26,877 nucleotides of DNA from Bizionia paragorgiae. GTDB lineage: Bacteria; Bacteroidota; Bacteroidia; Flavobacteriales; Flavobacteriaceae. The stretch lies in contig NZ_FNQK01000024.1 in NCBI RefSeq assembly GCF_900107625.1, forward strand, positions 1 through 26,877. The letters are read 5' to 3'. The position numbers were made by a program, and so were the translations under genes. Each line of letters starts with the position of its first letter. Positions within the stretch are counted from its first letter, which is position 1. Positions 8,716 through 16,359 of the stretch are shown piece by piece. A model generated the notes under the pieces. That model worked only from the letters and a program-made list of their open reading frames with translations. It was not told the origin of the DNA and did not search any database.

Positions 8716-9432
8716 TTAACTGTTTTTAGAGTTTTTTAATCCCAATTGTTCCTTGAGTTTAGCCAAATCATTATCGGCTTTTGCAGTAGAGGTATCGGCG
8801 GCTTTATCAATTTCATCATCTATAGACTTAGAGGCCTTCGCAATATCACCATAAGCTTCTGCAAGCGCTTCTTCCTGTGCCACTTTCTCCTTCATACGCT
8901 CCAACATAGACACCGTACCAGTACTATCCAATTCGGCCATTTGCTTATTTAGATTCTTGGTCGCATTGCTCACTTTTACCCGAGCTTTTAAGGTTTTAAG
9001 CTCATTTTCCCAGTTTCCAATATTCGCTTTTATTGTTTGAATACTTTTTTGAATCTGTTCTACGCTATTATCAAATTTAGCAGACTCTTCTTTTGCTCGT
9101 AAAAGTTGCTTTTCGGCACTGTCTTTTTGAGCTAAAGCTTCTTTAGCCAATCGGTCAGCTTCTGCAGTATCGATCTCATTCGTGCTGGCTTTTTTCAAAA
9201 TAATTATCGCTTTATTTTGATAATCATCAGCTTTATTTTGAAATTCTTCCTGTTCACTTTTAGATCGTATAGCCATGGCTTTAACCTGTGCTAAAGCCTC
9301 CAAACTTTTATCGAGATCTAATCGCATATCGCGAATACCTTGCTCGGTCATTTTAATGGGATCTTCCATTTTATCTATTGCAGAATTGGTTTCTGCCTCT
9401 CCTATTTTAAATAATCTTCTAAAGATGTTCAT
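8716..9432 (-). CDS. pspA: PspA/IM30/Vipp1 family protein (bacterial ESCRT-III superfamily).
   Basis: The N-terminus MNIFRRLFKIGEAETNSAIDKMEDPIKMTEQGIRDM… aligns with E. coli PspA [36 protein letters not shown]…. The protein is all-helical and coiled-coil, 238 aa, a typical family length. Confidence 0.9.
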   Translation of the reverse strand: MNIFRRLFKIGEAETNSAIDKMEDPIKMTEQGIRDMRLDLDKSLEALAQVKAMAIRSKSEQEEFQNKADDYQNKAIIILKKASTNEIDTAEADRLAKEALAQKDSAEKQLLRAKEESAKFDNSVEQIQKSIQTIKANIGNWENELKTLKARVKVSNATKNLNKQMAELDSTGTVSMLERMKEKVAQEEALAEAYGDIAKASKSIDDEIDKAADTSTAKADNDLAKLKEQLGLKNSKNS

Positions 9433-9443
9433 AATGTTCGTTT

Positions 9444-9839
9444 TTAGTATTTTGAAAATTCAATAATTTTGTCTGAGTATTCAGACATTAAGAGACTTAA
9501 AGAATTTAATGACCCTTCGAGTTCATTTAAATCCAAATTCTCTATTTGTAGTGTATCTCTATAGATAACTTTCTCGCCAGAATCATCTAAAACAAAAGCC
9601 CCGTGTACAATATCTCTGTTTTTTTGCAGTAAACTTTTAAATATTTTTTCGGACTGATTATTTATCTTAAAAATAAACTGCTCCATAATTAAAATTGGGG
9701 GAGCGACGCCTATAATTAAATTTCTAATTCCAAAGTTTTCCTTTTGAACAACCATAAGACCATCTTCTAGATTCTCTCTAGTTATATCAAAATTTAATTC
9801 TAGTAAAAAATTTCTCGTTATATTGAAATGATTTTTCAT
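9444..9839 (-). CDS. Small (131 aa) cytoplasmic protein, possibly YbjN-like with a T3SS-chaperone-like fold. It is the first gene of the PspA operon.
   Basis: The ORF is complete and sits 11 nt upstream of pspA on the same strand. It is acidic, carries no TM or signal peptide, and has a size and alpha/beta pattern resembling YbjN-family proteins. The assignment is tentative because I cannot run a profile search. Confidence 0.45.
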   Translation of the reverse strand: MKNHFNITRNFLLELNFDITRENLEDGLMVVQKENFGIRNLIIGVAPPILIMEQFIFKINNQSEKIFKSLLQKNRDIVHGAFVLDDSGEKVIYRDTLQIENLDLNELEGSLNSLSLLMSEYSDKIIEFSKY

Positions 9840-10108
9840 CGGTGGTTTTTAGGGTTAGTAGTAAAATTTTGAAAGCTTAATATTACAAAAAAGTATCAAG
9901 ACTTTGTTAAATTATCTTAACAAGCTCTGCTAAGATGTATAAAATTAATAGTATCATAAATTGTGGTTTTAAGGGTTAATACCGGTCTTAAATTACCTTT
10001 CGAATGGTTTTAAAGCTAAAAATATTAGCTATTTTCTTTAGTATTTGCTAATATTGTTAGACCAAAGTACAAAAAAAATTTAATATTGCAAATATAATTA
10101 GCAAAAAC
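9840..10108. promoter_or_regulatory. Divergent AT-rich promoter/operator region between the PspA operon (-) and the XRE regulator (+).
   Basis: This is a 269-nt non-coding AT-rich interval between divergent starts at 9839 and 10109. Several TAnnTTTG-like Bacteroidota -7 element candidates occur on both strands (for example tagtatttg, taatattg). I cannot place them confidently. Confidence 0.5.
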
Positions 10109-10867
10109 ATGTCGTTATTCGGTAAAAATATTAGAAAAATAAGAAGTGTTAAAGCGATGAGTCAGCAGGCCTTCGCTGAGATATTCGACCTAAAGCGCGG
10201 AACACTAGGCGCTTACGAAGAAGGCCGAAGCGAACCTAAAACAGAAACGATAATTAAGATTGCTAATTATTTTAGCATCCCTATCGACGATCTACTCACA
10301 AAAGAACTCACGGTAAATCAGCTTTTAAAATTTAAAGGCGATATCGAAGATCATTTTTTTGAAGAAACAAAACATGATTTTATTTCTGTGCCTTGTATTA
10401 CACCCGAACAACAGAATGATTACATTAAGAACGCTTCCCTAAGCTCATTTATTAATAGCTTACCTTTTATTAGCCTACCTAATGATAACGCTAAAAAAAA
10501 GAGAGCCTATATAGTAGACGACTTGGAAATGAGTACTGAAAATGGCGGATTATACCCAAAAGACATCGTGTTTGGCGAATGGATACCCAAATCAGCTTTC
10601 GATACTATTTCGCCTTCTCATATGTATTTAATACTTACTAGTAACGCTTTAGTACTTAAAAGAATTTACCCCAAAGGTGATACCCTCACCTTAACATCAG
10701 ATCATAAAGGCATCGAGGAACAACACATCACAACTTCGGAAATTAAGGAATTATGGGAAATTAAATCGGTATTACAACACCGACTTCCAGACACTAAAAA
10801 CAATCACGTGTTAGACAAAATCGCCTTTCTAGAGAATGAATTTAAAAAATTAAAATCTTCAATGTAA
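10109..10867 (+). CDS. XRE-family HTH transcriptional regulator with a C-terminal LexA/CI (peptidase S24)-like domain.
   Basis: The N-terminal 65 aa are a canonical HTH_XRE (IRKIRSVKAMSQQAFAEIFDLKRGTLGAYEEGRSEPKTETIIKIANYFSIPIDDLL). The C-terminal ~110 aa follow the S24 topology (VDDLEMST…GEWIP…ALVLKRIYP…GDTLTL…ELWEIKSV), with a KR pair where the catalytic Lys normally sits. The canonical G-D-S-M Ser motif is degenerate (DLEMST). Confidence 0.75.
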   Translation: MSLFGKNIRKIRSVKAMSQQAFAEIFDLKRGTLGAYEEGRSEPKTETIIKIANYFSIPIDDLLTKELTVNQLLKFKGDIEDHFFEETKHDFISVPCITPEQQNDYIKNASLSSFINSLPFISLPNDNAKKKRAYIVDDLEMSTENGGLYPKDIVFGEWIPKSAFDTISPSHMYLILTSNALVLKRIYPKGDTLTLTSDHKGIEEQHITTSEIKELWEIKSVLQHRLPDTKNNHVLDKIAFLENEFKKLKSSM

Positions 10868-10931
10868 TGTCGATTCAACTAAGATAAGGGAGTAATAAAA
10901 GGTCTCTATCTATTCAGAACACGCTATAAAC

Positions 10932-10970
10932 AAAAAAAGCTCCTCATAAAATGAGGAGCTTTTTGCTCTT
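10932..10970. terminator. Bidirectional intrinsic terminator serving the XRE gene (+) and the tRNA-Leu (-).
   Basis: A 10-bp perfect stem (agctcctcat 10938-10947 with atgaggagct 10952-10961) has an aaaa loop. It is flanked by A7 upstream and tttttgctctttt downstream. Confidence 0.8.
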
Positions 10971-10976
10971 TTGTTG

Positions 10977-11058
10977 TGCGGGCGGGGAGACTCGAACTCC
11001 CACACCTCGCGGCACTAGATCCTAAGTCTAGCGTGTCTACCAATTCCACCACGCCCGC
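10977..11058 (-). tRNA. tRNA-Leu, anticodon TAG, with long variable arm.
   Basis: The reverse complement reads GCGGGCGTGGTGGAATTGGTAGACACGCTAGACTTAGGATCTAGTGCCGCGAGGTGTGGGAGTTCGAGTCTCCCCGCCCGCA. A 7-bp acceptor stem GCGGGCG/CGCCCGC is present, with a D-loop GGAATTGGTAGA and anticodon loop (ACTTAGGAT, anticodon TAG). A long extra arm and a T-arm GGTTCGAGTCC-like GAGTTCGAGTCTC follow, then discriminator A. CCA is not encoded. Confidence 0.9.
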
Positions 11059-11182
11059 AAAAGATAACTAACTTATTTAGTTAGCGAGTGCAAATATAAA
11101 CAAATGTTTGAATATTCAAACAAGAGTTTATAATAAAATTGCAACTCTTTTTGTACTTTTACGTAAATCCAAAAATTATAGT

Positions 11183-12571
11183 ATGCAAAATATTAAATCT
11201 TATGTGACTGAGCATAAAGATCGATTCTTAACAGAACTTATCGAATTACTTAAAATACCGTCTATTAGCGCGGATTCTGCTTATAAAAAAGACGTCATCA
11301 CAACAGCAAATAGCGTTTTAAAAAGTTTAAAAGAAGCCGGATGCGATACTGTAGAACTTTGTGAAACCGAAGGCTACCCAATTATCTACGGAGAAAAAAT
11401 AATAGATAAAAATCTTCCCACTGTGTTGGTTTACGGTCATTATGATGTACAACCACCAGACCCTATCGATTTATGGACTTCACCACCATTCGAACCTGTG
11501 ATCAAAAAAACAGAAACACATCCTGAAGGTGCCATTTTCGCCCGCGGTGCTTGCGACGATAAAGGTCAAATGTACATGCACGTTAAAGCCTTAGAGTTTA
11601 TGACGCGTACCAACCAACTACCGTGTAACGTTAAGTTTATGATAGAAGGTGAAGAAGAAGTAGGCAGTGTTAACCTAGGAAAGTTTGTAAAAACAAATCA
11701 AGAGAAACTTAAAAACGACGTTATCCTTATTAGTGATACCGGTATGATCGCTAAAGACGTACCATCAATTACAACAGGTTTACGTGGATTAAGTTATGTA
11801 GAAGTTGAAGTGACCGGACCAAACAGAGATTTACACTCTGGCCTTTATGGGGGTGCTGTCGCAAACCCGATTAACGTGTTAACTAAAATGATAGCACAGT
11901 TACACGACGAAAATAATCATATTACAATTCCTGGTTTTTATGATAATGTCGAAGAGCTTTCTAAAGAGGAGCGCGCACAAATGGCAAAAGCTCCGTTTTC
12001 ATTAGAAAACTATAAAAAAGCATTAGATATCGATGCCGTTTATGGGGAAGCTGGCTTCACAACCAACGAACGCAACTCTATTCGTCCAACATTAGATGTT
12101 AATGGTATTTGGGGAGGTTATACTGGAGAAGGCGCTAAAACCGTAATCGCGAGTAAAGCCTATGCAAAGATTTCTATGCGTTTAGTTCCTAACCAAGATT
12201 GGGAGAGAATTACCGACCTGTTTAAAACGCACTTTGAAAGCATCGCTCCAGAAGGTGTTAAAGTGAAGGTAACCCCACATCACGGTGGTCAAGGTTATGT
12301 TACACCAATCGATAGCGTAGGATACCAAGCAGCAAGCAAAGCTTATGAAGCTACTTTTGGAAAAACGCCTATACCTCAACGCAGCGGTGGTAGTATTCCA
12401 ATTGTTTCGCTTTTCGAGCAAGAACTAAAGAGTAAAACCATTTTAATGGGCTTTGGTTTAGATAGCGACGCCATTCACTCGCCAAACGAACACTTCGGAG
12501 TATGGAATTACCTAAAAGGTATAGAAACCATACCGTATTTCTTTAAACATTTTACAGAAATGCACAAATAA
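11183..12571 (+). CDS. M20-family metallopeptidase (dipeptidase/ArgE-DapE-like).
   Basis: M20 metal-binding motifs are present: GHYDVQP (His-x-Asp), ACDDKG (Asp) and GEEEVGS (Glu-Glu). A dimerisation-domain length insert is also present. I prefer the ATG at 11183 (MQNIKSYV…) over the ORF-track start at 11108. The latter lies inside an 18-bp palindrome and adds a non-conserved leader. Confidence 0.85.
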   Translation: MQNIKSYVTEHKDRFLTELIELLKIPSISADSAYKKDVITTANSVLKSLKEAGCDTVELCETEGYPIIYGEKIIDKNLPTVLVYGHYDVQPPDPIDLWTSPPFEPVIKKTETHPEGAIFARGACDDKGQMYMHVKALEFMTRTNQLPCNVKFMIEGEEEVGSVNLGKFVKTNQEKLKNDVILISDTGMIAKDVPSITTGLRGLSYVEVEVTGPNRDLHSGLYGGAVANPINVLTKMIAQLHDENNHITIPGFYDNVEELSKEERAQMAKAPFSLENYKKALDIDAVYGEAGFTTNERNSIRPTLDVNGIWGGYTGEGAKTVIASKAYAKISMRLVPNQDWERITDLFKTHFESIAPEGVKVKVTPHHGGQGYVTPIDSVGYQAASKAYEATFGKTPIPQRSGGSIPIVSLFEQELKSKTILMGFGLDSDAIHSPNEHFGVWNYLKGIETIPYFFKHFTEMHK

Positions 12572-12589
12572 CAGCACAGTTAGACTACT

Positions 12590-12618
12590 AAGCCGCTTAA
12601 TTTTTAAGCGGCTTTTTT
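12590..12618 (+). terminator. Intrinsic terminator of the M20 peptidase gene.
   Basis: aagccgctta-attt-taagcggctt is a 10-bp perfect stem followed by tttttt. Confidence 0.8.
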
Positions 12619-12764
12619 ATGCTATAAAATTAAAAACTCACCGTATTTTAATATGGGCGTTTCCCTAACGGGTCGGGTCTTCACGACTCGCTTCCCGAAA
12701 AAAAATCGGGAGAGCTCAAACATATCGCTCAACCCCTAACGCATTCTAATTCCTAAAAAAGACC

Positions 12765-12829
12765 TTCTACATTTGTAGAATAGGTATTTTTATTCTACAT
12801 TTGTAGAATACCCTCTAAAATTGTAGAAC
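12765..12829 (+). promoter_or_regulatory. Three tandem BlaI/MecI-type operator dyads (TACA-N-TGTA) immediately upstream of the blaI-like gene.
   Basis: ttctacatttgtagaa is a perfect 16-bp palindrome found at 12765-12780 and again at 12794-12809 (19-mer 18/19 identical). A third variant, tctaaaattgtagaa, lies at 12815-12829 and abuts the ATG at 12831. The TACA/TGTA dyad is the recognition core of the BlaI/MecI/CopY family. Confidence 0.6.
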
Positions 12830-12830
12830 C

Positions 12831-13196
12831 ATGCAACTCACAAAGACCGAAGAAGAATTAATGAATCACCTCTGGCGATTAGATAAAGCTTTTATGAAAG
12901 ATTTACTAGAAGCCTACCCCGAACCAAAACCTGCCACCACAACAGTAGCTACCCTTTTAAAACGTATGGCAGACAAAGGCTTTGTAAGCTATACGCGTTT
13001 TGGAAATTCGAGAGAATACTTTCCCCTAGTTAAAAAGAAAGAGTATTTCTCAAAACAGGTTAATAGTCTAATCAAAAACTTTTTTAACGATAGCAGTTCG
13101 CAATTCGCCTCCTTTTTCACCAAAGAAACCAATTTGTCAAAAAAAGAATTACAAGAATTACGTGCTATTATAGATAGTGAGTTACAAAATAAATAG
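12831..13196 (+). CDS. BlaI/MecI/CopY-family winged-helix transcriptional repressor.
   Basis: The 121-aa protein has an N-terminus LTKTEEELMNHLWRLDKAFMKDLLEAY…TTVATLLKRMADKGFV typical of the Penicillinase_R family. It is followed 9 nt later by an M56 peptidase gene. Confidence 0.85.
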   Translation: MQLTKTEEELMNHLWRLDKAFMKDLLEAYPEPKPATTTVATLLKRMADKGFVSYTRFGNSREYFPLVKKKEYFSKQVNSLIKNFFNDSSSQFASFFTKETNLSKKELQELRAIIDSELQNK

Positions 13197-13205
13197 TCAG
13201 ATATT

Positions 13206-15245
13206 ATGGAACTATTACTTATAAAATCCGCAGCCTGTTTAGTCTTTTTTATAGTCTTCTATAAATTGGTCTTAGAACAAGAAAACATGCATACTTTTAA
13301 ACGCTTCTATTTATTAGGGGCTTTGGTTTTATCGTTTAGCATTCCATTTATCACCTTTACAGAATATGTTACCATATCAGCTACTCCCAACATTCTCAAC
13401 GAAACAGGAGTATTCAATGTGCATCTTGAAGATCAAACCCCATTAGATTCTATAAATTACATTAGCTATATACTATGGGCTGTTTACGGATTGGGAGTAG
13501 TGGTCTTCGGATTAAAATTTGCTGTTAACCTATATCGCATCAGGCAGCGTATTGTTCAAAACCCGAAATATAAAACTCAGCACATTACTAATGTTTTATT
13601 AGACGGTGAGGTTACTCCTCACACGTTTTTAAATTACATATTCTTCAACAAAACAACTTTTGAAAATAATAGCATTCCCCAAGAAATAAAATTACACGAA
13701 GAAACACATGCGATACAAAAGCACTCTCTAGATATTTTATTTATAGAATTCCTTCTTATTTTCTTTTGGTTTAACCCCCTACTTTACATTATAAAAAAGG
13801 ACATTAAACTAAACCATGAGTTCCTTGCCGATGCAGGAGTTTTAAAACAAGGCATTCCCCCAGCAACATATCAAAATTTATTACTCGCATTCTCATCAGG
13901 TGCGCATTATAATTCCTTGGCAAACGCCATAAACTATTCATTAATCAAAAAACGATTTACAGTTATGAAAACACAAACACCACCACAAGCAAAGTGGCTA
14001 AAAAGCCTTTTATTACTCCCCTTATTGGGCGGCTTACTGTTTAGCTTCAGCAGCACTAAAACTATCGAAGTACATGATGTGCCACCTTTACCAAACCAGC
14101 AAACAGCTCCTATTAGTTCAACTCAAAACCCTCAGTTAACTATAAACGGCATAACTTGCGACGCGTGCCAACTTAGACTTTCTAAACAAGGTATTGAGAA
14201 AATACTATTAGGTACAACAACAGGCGATCCAATTGTATCCTTTAATGTGAAATTTAAAGGTAAACCTACAGAGAGAGTAAAAGGCAATACATTAAACAAT
14301 CAGGCAAAAGTGTTTCTTAACGAAACAGAATTAGGAGCTGTTATTCAATTATTTAATATAAAAACAAAAACAAGCAAACCCTTCTCACCTGTTCTGATTA
14401 CTTTGGTGGATAAACATGATAAAAACTATTCAATTTCACCCAAAGCTAAAGCTGGAGAAGCACTAGTGTTACCACCACCACCACCACCACCGCTATCAAG
14501 CGACCAAATAATTGGAAGTCTTGAAGGGTTCTCAAAATACATGAAGCAAACAGAAAAAAACGGTGACGACATCCTTTACAAAAACAAAAAGATAAGCGCC
14601 AAAAAAGCCATTGCGTTGTATAAAAAACAAGGCAACATGGATGTATTGGTAAAACAATACCCTAAAGGAAAGTATAGTGTACACCTGTCTAAAACAAAAA
14701 ATAGTAAGTCTACTCTAAGATCAGAATATTATTCTCATGTTGCTCCACCACCGGCACCACCAATGCCTCCAAAGGTAAAAAAAGGAGAGTCATCGCATAT
14801 ACCACCACCTCCAAGAATCCTAAAAGGAGACACGTTAAGGGTGATTAAAAAATTAAAAACCAATGATAAAGACTATGAGCTTGAAATAGAAGAAATCGAA
14901 CATCGTGATTCTGACCAAAAGGAAGCACATAGAGTTAAAAGAGAATTTGAAAAAGAAGTTGAAAAACACGAAGAAAGACGAGCAGAATTACGCCGTCCAA
15001 AGCAACATTCAACAAATAGACCAACAATGAAATCGACAACAGAAACAATAAAAGAAATGGCTAAAAACAACGCTTCTTTTTATTATAACGGTGAAGCGAT
15101 TACTTCTAAAAAGGCATTAGAGCTTTTAAACACAAGCGAAAATATAAATTTAACAATGCAAACTAATAATGGTATTTCGACTGTACATTTATCTGACAAA
15201 TCGATGACCATTATTAACGGTGAATATATTCAAGATGAAGACTAG
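13206..15245 (+). CDS. BlaR1-like M56-family membrane metallopeptidase / signal transducer with a proline-rich (TonB-like) spacer and a C-terminal extracytoplasmic domain.
   Basis: The N-terminal TM helices are followed by the HEXXH zinc motif in LHEETHAIQKHSLD and then a further TM. Three poly-Pro tracts follow (LPPPPPPPLS, APPPAPPMPPK, IPPPPRILKG), as in TonB. The gene is operonic with blaI. Confidence 0.8.
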   Translation: MELLLIKSAACLVFFIVFYKLVLEQENMHTFKRFYLLGALVLSFSIPFITFTEYVTISATPNILNETGVFNVHLEDQTPLDSINYISYILWAVYGLGVVVFGLKFAVNLYRIRQRIVQNPKYKTQHITNVLLDGEVTPHTFLNYIFFNKTTFENNSIPQEIKLHEETHAIQKHSLDILFIEFLLIFFWFNPLLYIIKKDIKLNHEFLADAGVLKQGIPPATYQNLLLAFSSGAHYNSLANAINYSLIKKRFTVMKTQTPPQAKWLKSLLLLPLLGGLLFSFSSTKTIEVHDVPPLPNQQTAPISSTQNPQLTINGITCDACQLRLSKQGIEKILLGTTTGDPIVSFNVKFKGKPTERVKGNTLNNQAKVFLNETELGAVIQLFNIKTKTSKPFSPVLITLVDKHDKNYSISPKAKAGEALVLPPPPPPPLSSDQIIGSLEGFSKYMKQTEKNGDDILYKNKKISAKKAIALYKKQGNMDVLVKQYPKGKYSVHLSKTKNSKSTLRSEYYSHVAPPPAPPMPPKVKKGESSHIPPPPRILKGDTLRVIKKLKTNDKDYELEIEEIEHRDSDQKEAHRVKREFEKEVEKHEERRAELRRPKQHSTNRPTMKSTTETIKEMAKNNASFYYNGEAITSKKALELLNTSENINLTMQTNNGISTVHLSDKSMTIINGEYIQDED

Positions 15246-15262
15246 TCTATTCTAAATTCAAT

Positions 15263-15310
15263 AAACAAAAACGTCGGCTCGAAGTACAACTTCAAACCGA
15301 CGTTTTTTAT
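15263..15310. terminator. Bidirectional intrinsic terminator between convergent genes (blaR1-like + and phnA-like -).
   Basis: aaaa-acgtcgg-ctcgaagtacaacttcaaa-ccgacgt-tttttt has a 7-bp GC-rich stem, with an inner gaagt/acttc pairing, flanked by A4 and T6. Confidence 0.75.
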
Positions 15311-15332
15311 GAGATATAAAATAACTACAGAA

Positions 15333-15911
15333 TTACAATTTCTTTACGTATTGCGTAATAATTACAATTTGTTGTCCGTCTACTTTTCCTTCTATATAAT
15401 CTGCATTTTCATGATCTAGAGAAATACGTCTCACCGCAGTACCTTGCTTAGCAACCATACTAGACCCTTTTACTTTTAAATCTTTTATTAAGACTACAGA
15501 GTCTCCAGCTTCTAAAACAACACCATTAACATCGCGATGAATTAATTTATCGGCATCATCTTCACCTTCACCTGTAGCTTTAGCAAATTCTAACACCTCA
15601 TCTTCTAGATACATCATATCTAACAAATCTTGAGGCCAACCTTCTTTGCGTAAACGCGACAGCATTCTCCAAGCCATTACTTGTACCGGCTGGTGCTCGC
15701 TCCACATACTATCATTTAAACATCTCCAGTGATTAGGATCTGTTTGTTCCGGGTCTTCAATTTGTGTTAAACAGGTTTTACAAACGGTTAACGAATGCTT
15801 TAAACTTTTGTCTTTTGCAGGTTCTAAAGTATAGATTTCTAAATGCTCTGTGTTTGCACATAATTCGCACTTATTATCTGCTCTTTTATTTAATTCTCTA
15901 TCTAAACTCAT
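15333..15911 (-). CDS. phnA: PhnA-family protein (zinc-ribbon plus PhnA C-terminal domain).
   Basis: The N-terminal Cys pairs CELC…CKTC form a zinc ribbon. The C-terminus VLEAGDSVVLIKDLKVKGSSMVAKQGTAVRRISL…IEGKVDGQQIVIITQYVKK aligns closely with E. coli PhnA (…DGDSVTIIKDLKVKGSS…KIDGFGPMKLKSEFVKK). Confidence 0.8.
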   Translation of the reverse strand: MSLDRELNKRADNKCELCANTEHLEIYTLEPAKDKSLKHSLTVCKTCLTQIEDPEQTDPNHWRCLNDSMWSEHQPVQVMAWRMLSRLRKEGWPQDLLDMMYLEDEVLEFAKATGEGEDDADKLIHRDVNGVVLEAGDSVVLIKDLKVKGSSMVAKQGTAVRRISLDHENADYIEGKVDGQQIVIITQYVKKL

Positions 15912-15975
15912 AGTATTATGTTATCCGGCAAAAGTAAGCATATTTATTGAATCTTTAAACACCCAATATTTGCGA

Positions 15976-16341
15976 TTACAAGTCAAGTTCTTGACGTAAT
16001 TTTTTGGTGAGACTATCTACTATTAAATTATACGAATCATCAATTAATTTTAAAACAAATTGAGGTTGTAGCTCGTTATGATTAAGATACACCGAATTCC
16101 AATGCTTTTTACTCATGTGATATCCTGGCTGAATACTTTCATAATCAAACCTTAAGGCTTCAGCGTATTCGGGATCACACTTTAAATTCAGAAATGGGTT
16201 ACCTTTTTCCCAGGTTTTTAAACCCGTTAATAAAAACATTTTACCAGCAACTTTAAACACTAAAGTATCTTTATCAAACGGGAAATGTTCGGTCACATGT
16301 CGTTTCCCCAAACAATAGTTTCTAATATCTTCAATATTCAT
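15976..16341 (-). CDS. MmcQ/YjbR-family protein.
   Basis: The 121-aa protein shows the family pattern at its N-terminus (IRNYCLGKRHVTEHFPFDKDTLVFKVAGKMF…) and ends …SKKHWNSVYL…. The length is typical for the family. Confidence 0.65.
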   Translation of the reverse strand: MNIEDIRNYCLGKRHVTEHFPFDKDTLVFKVAGKMFLLTGLKTWEKGNPFLNLKCDPEYAEALRFDYESIQPGYHMSKKHWNSVYLNHNELQPQFVLKLIDDSYNLIVDSLTKKLRQELDL

Positions 16342-16359
16342 AGTTATTACAAAGTCTAT

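Noticed and set aside
8250-8729. Two ORFs (8250..8456 - and 8394..8729 +) overlapping the NfeD-like gene
   Set aside because: They lie in alternative frames of the better-supported 8003..8713 CDS, which has TM helices and an OB-fold motif. They have no independent support.
8746-9466. Short + strand ORFs (8746..8952, 9275..9466) antisense to pspA
   Set aside because: They lie within the highly conserved PspA coding sequence and have no motifs.
11108-11182. ORF-track start of the M20 peptidase at 11108
   Set aside because: This ATG lies inside an 18-bp palindrome. The 25-aa extension (MNIQTRVYNKIATLFVLLRKSKNYS) is not family-like. The ATG at 11183 gives a canonical M20 N-terminus.
12182-12421. 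79-aa minus-strand ORF inside the M20 peptidase
   Set aside because: Antisense chance ORF within a well-supported CDS.
14873-15070. 65-aa minus-strand ORF inside the blaR1-like gene
   Set aside because: Antisense of a Lys/Glu-rich region, which produces a Ser/Phe-rich artefact.
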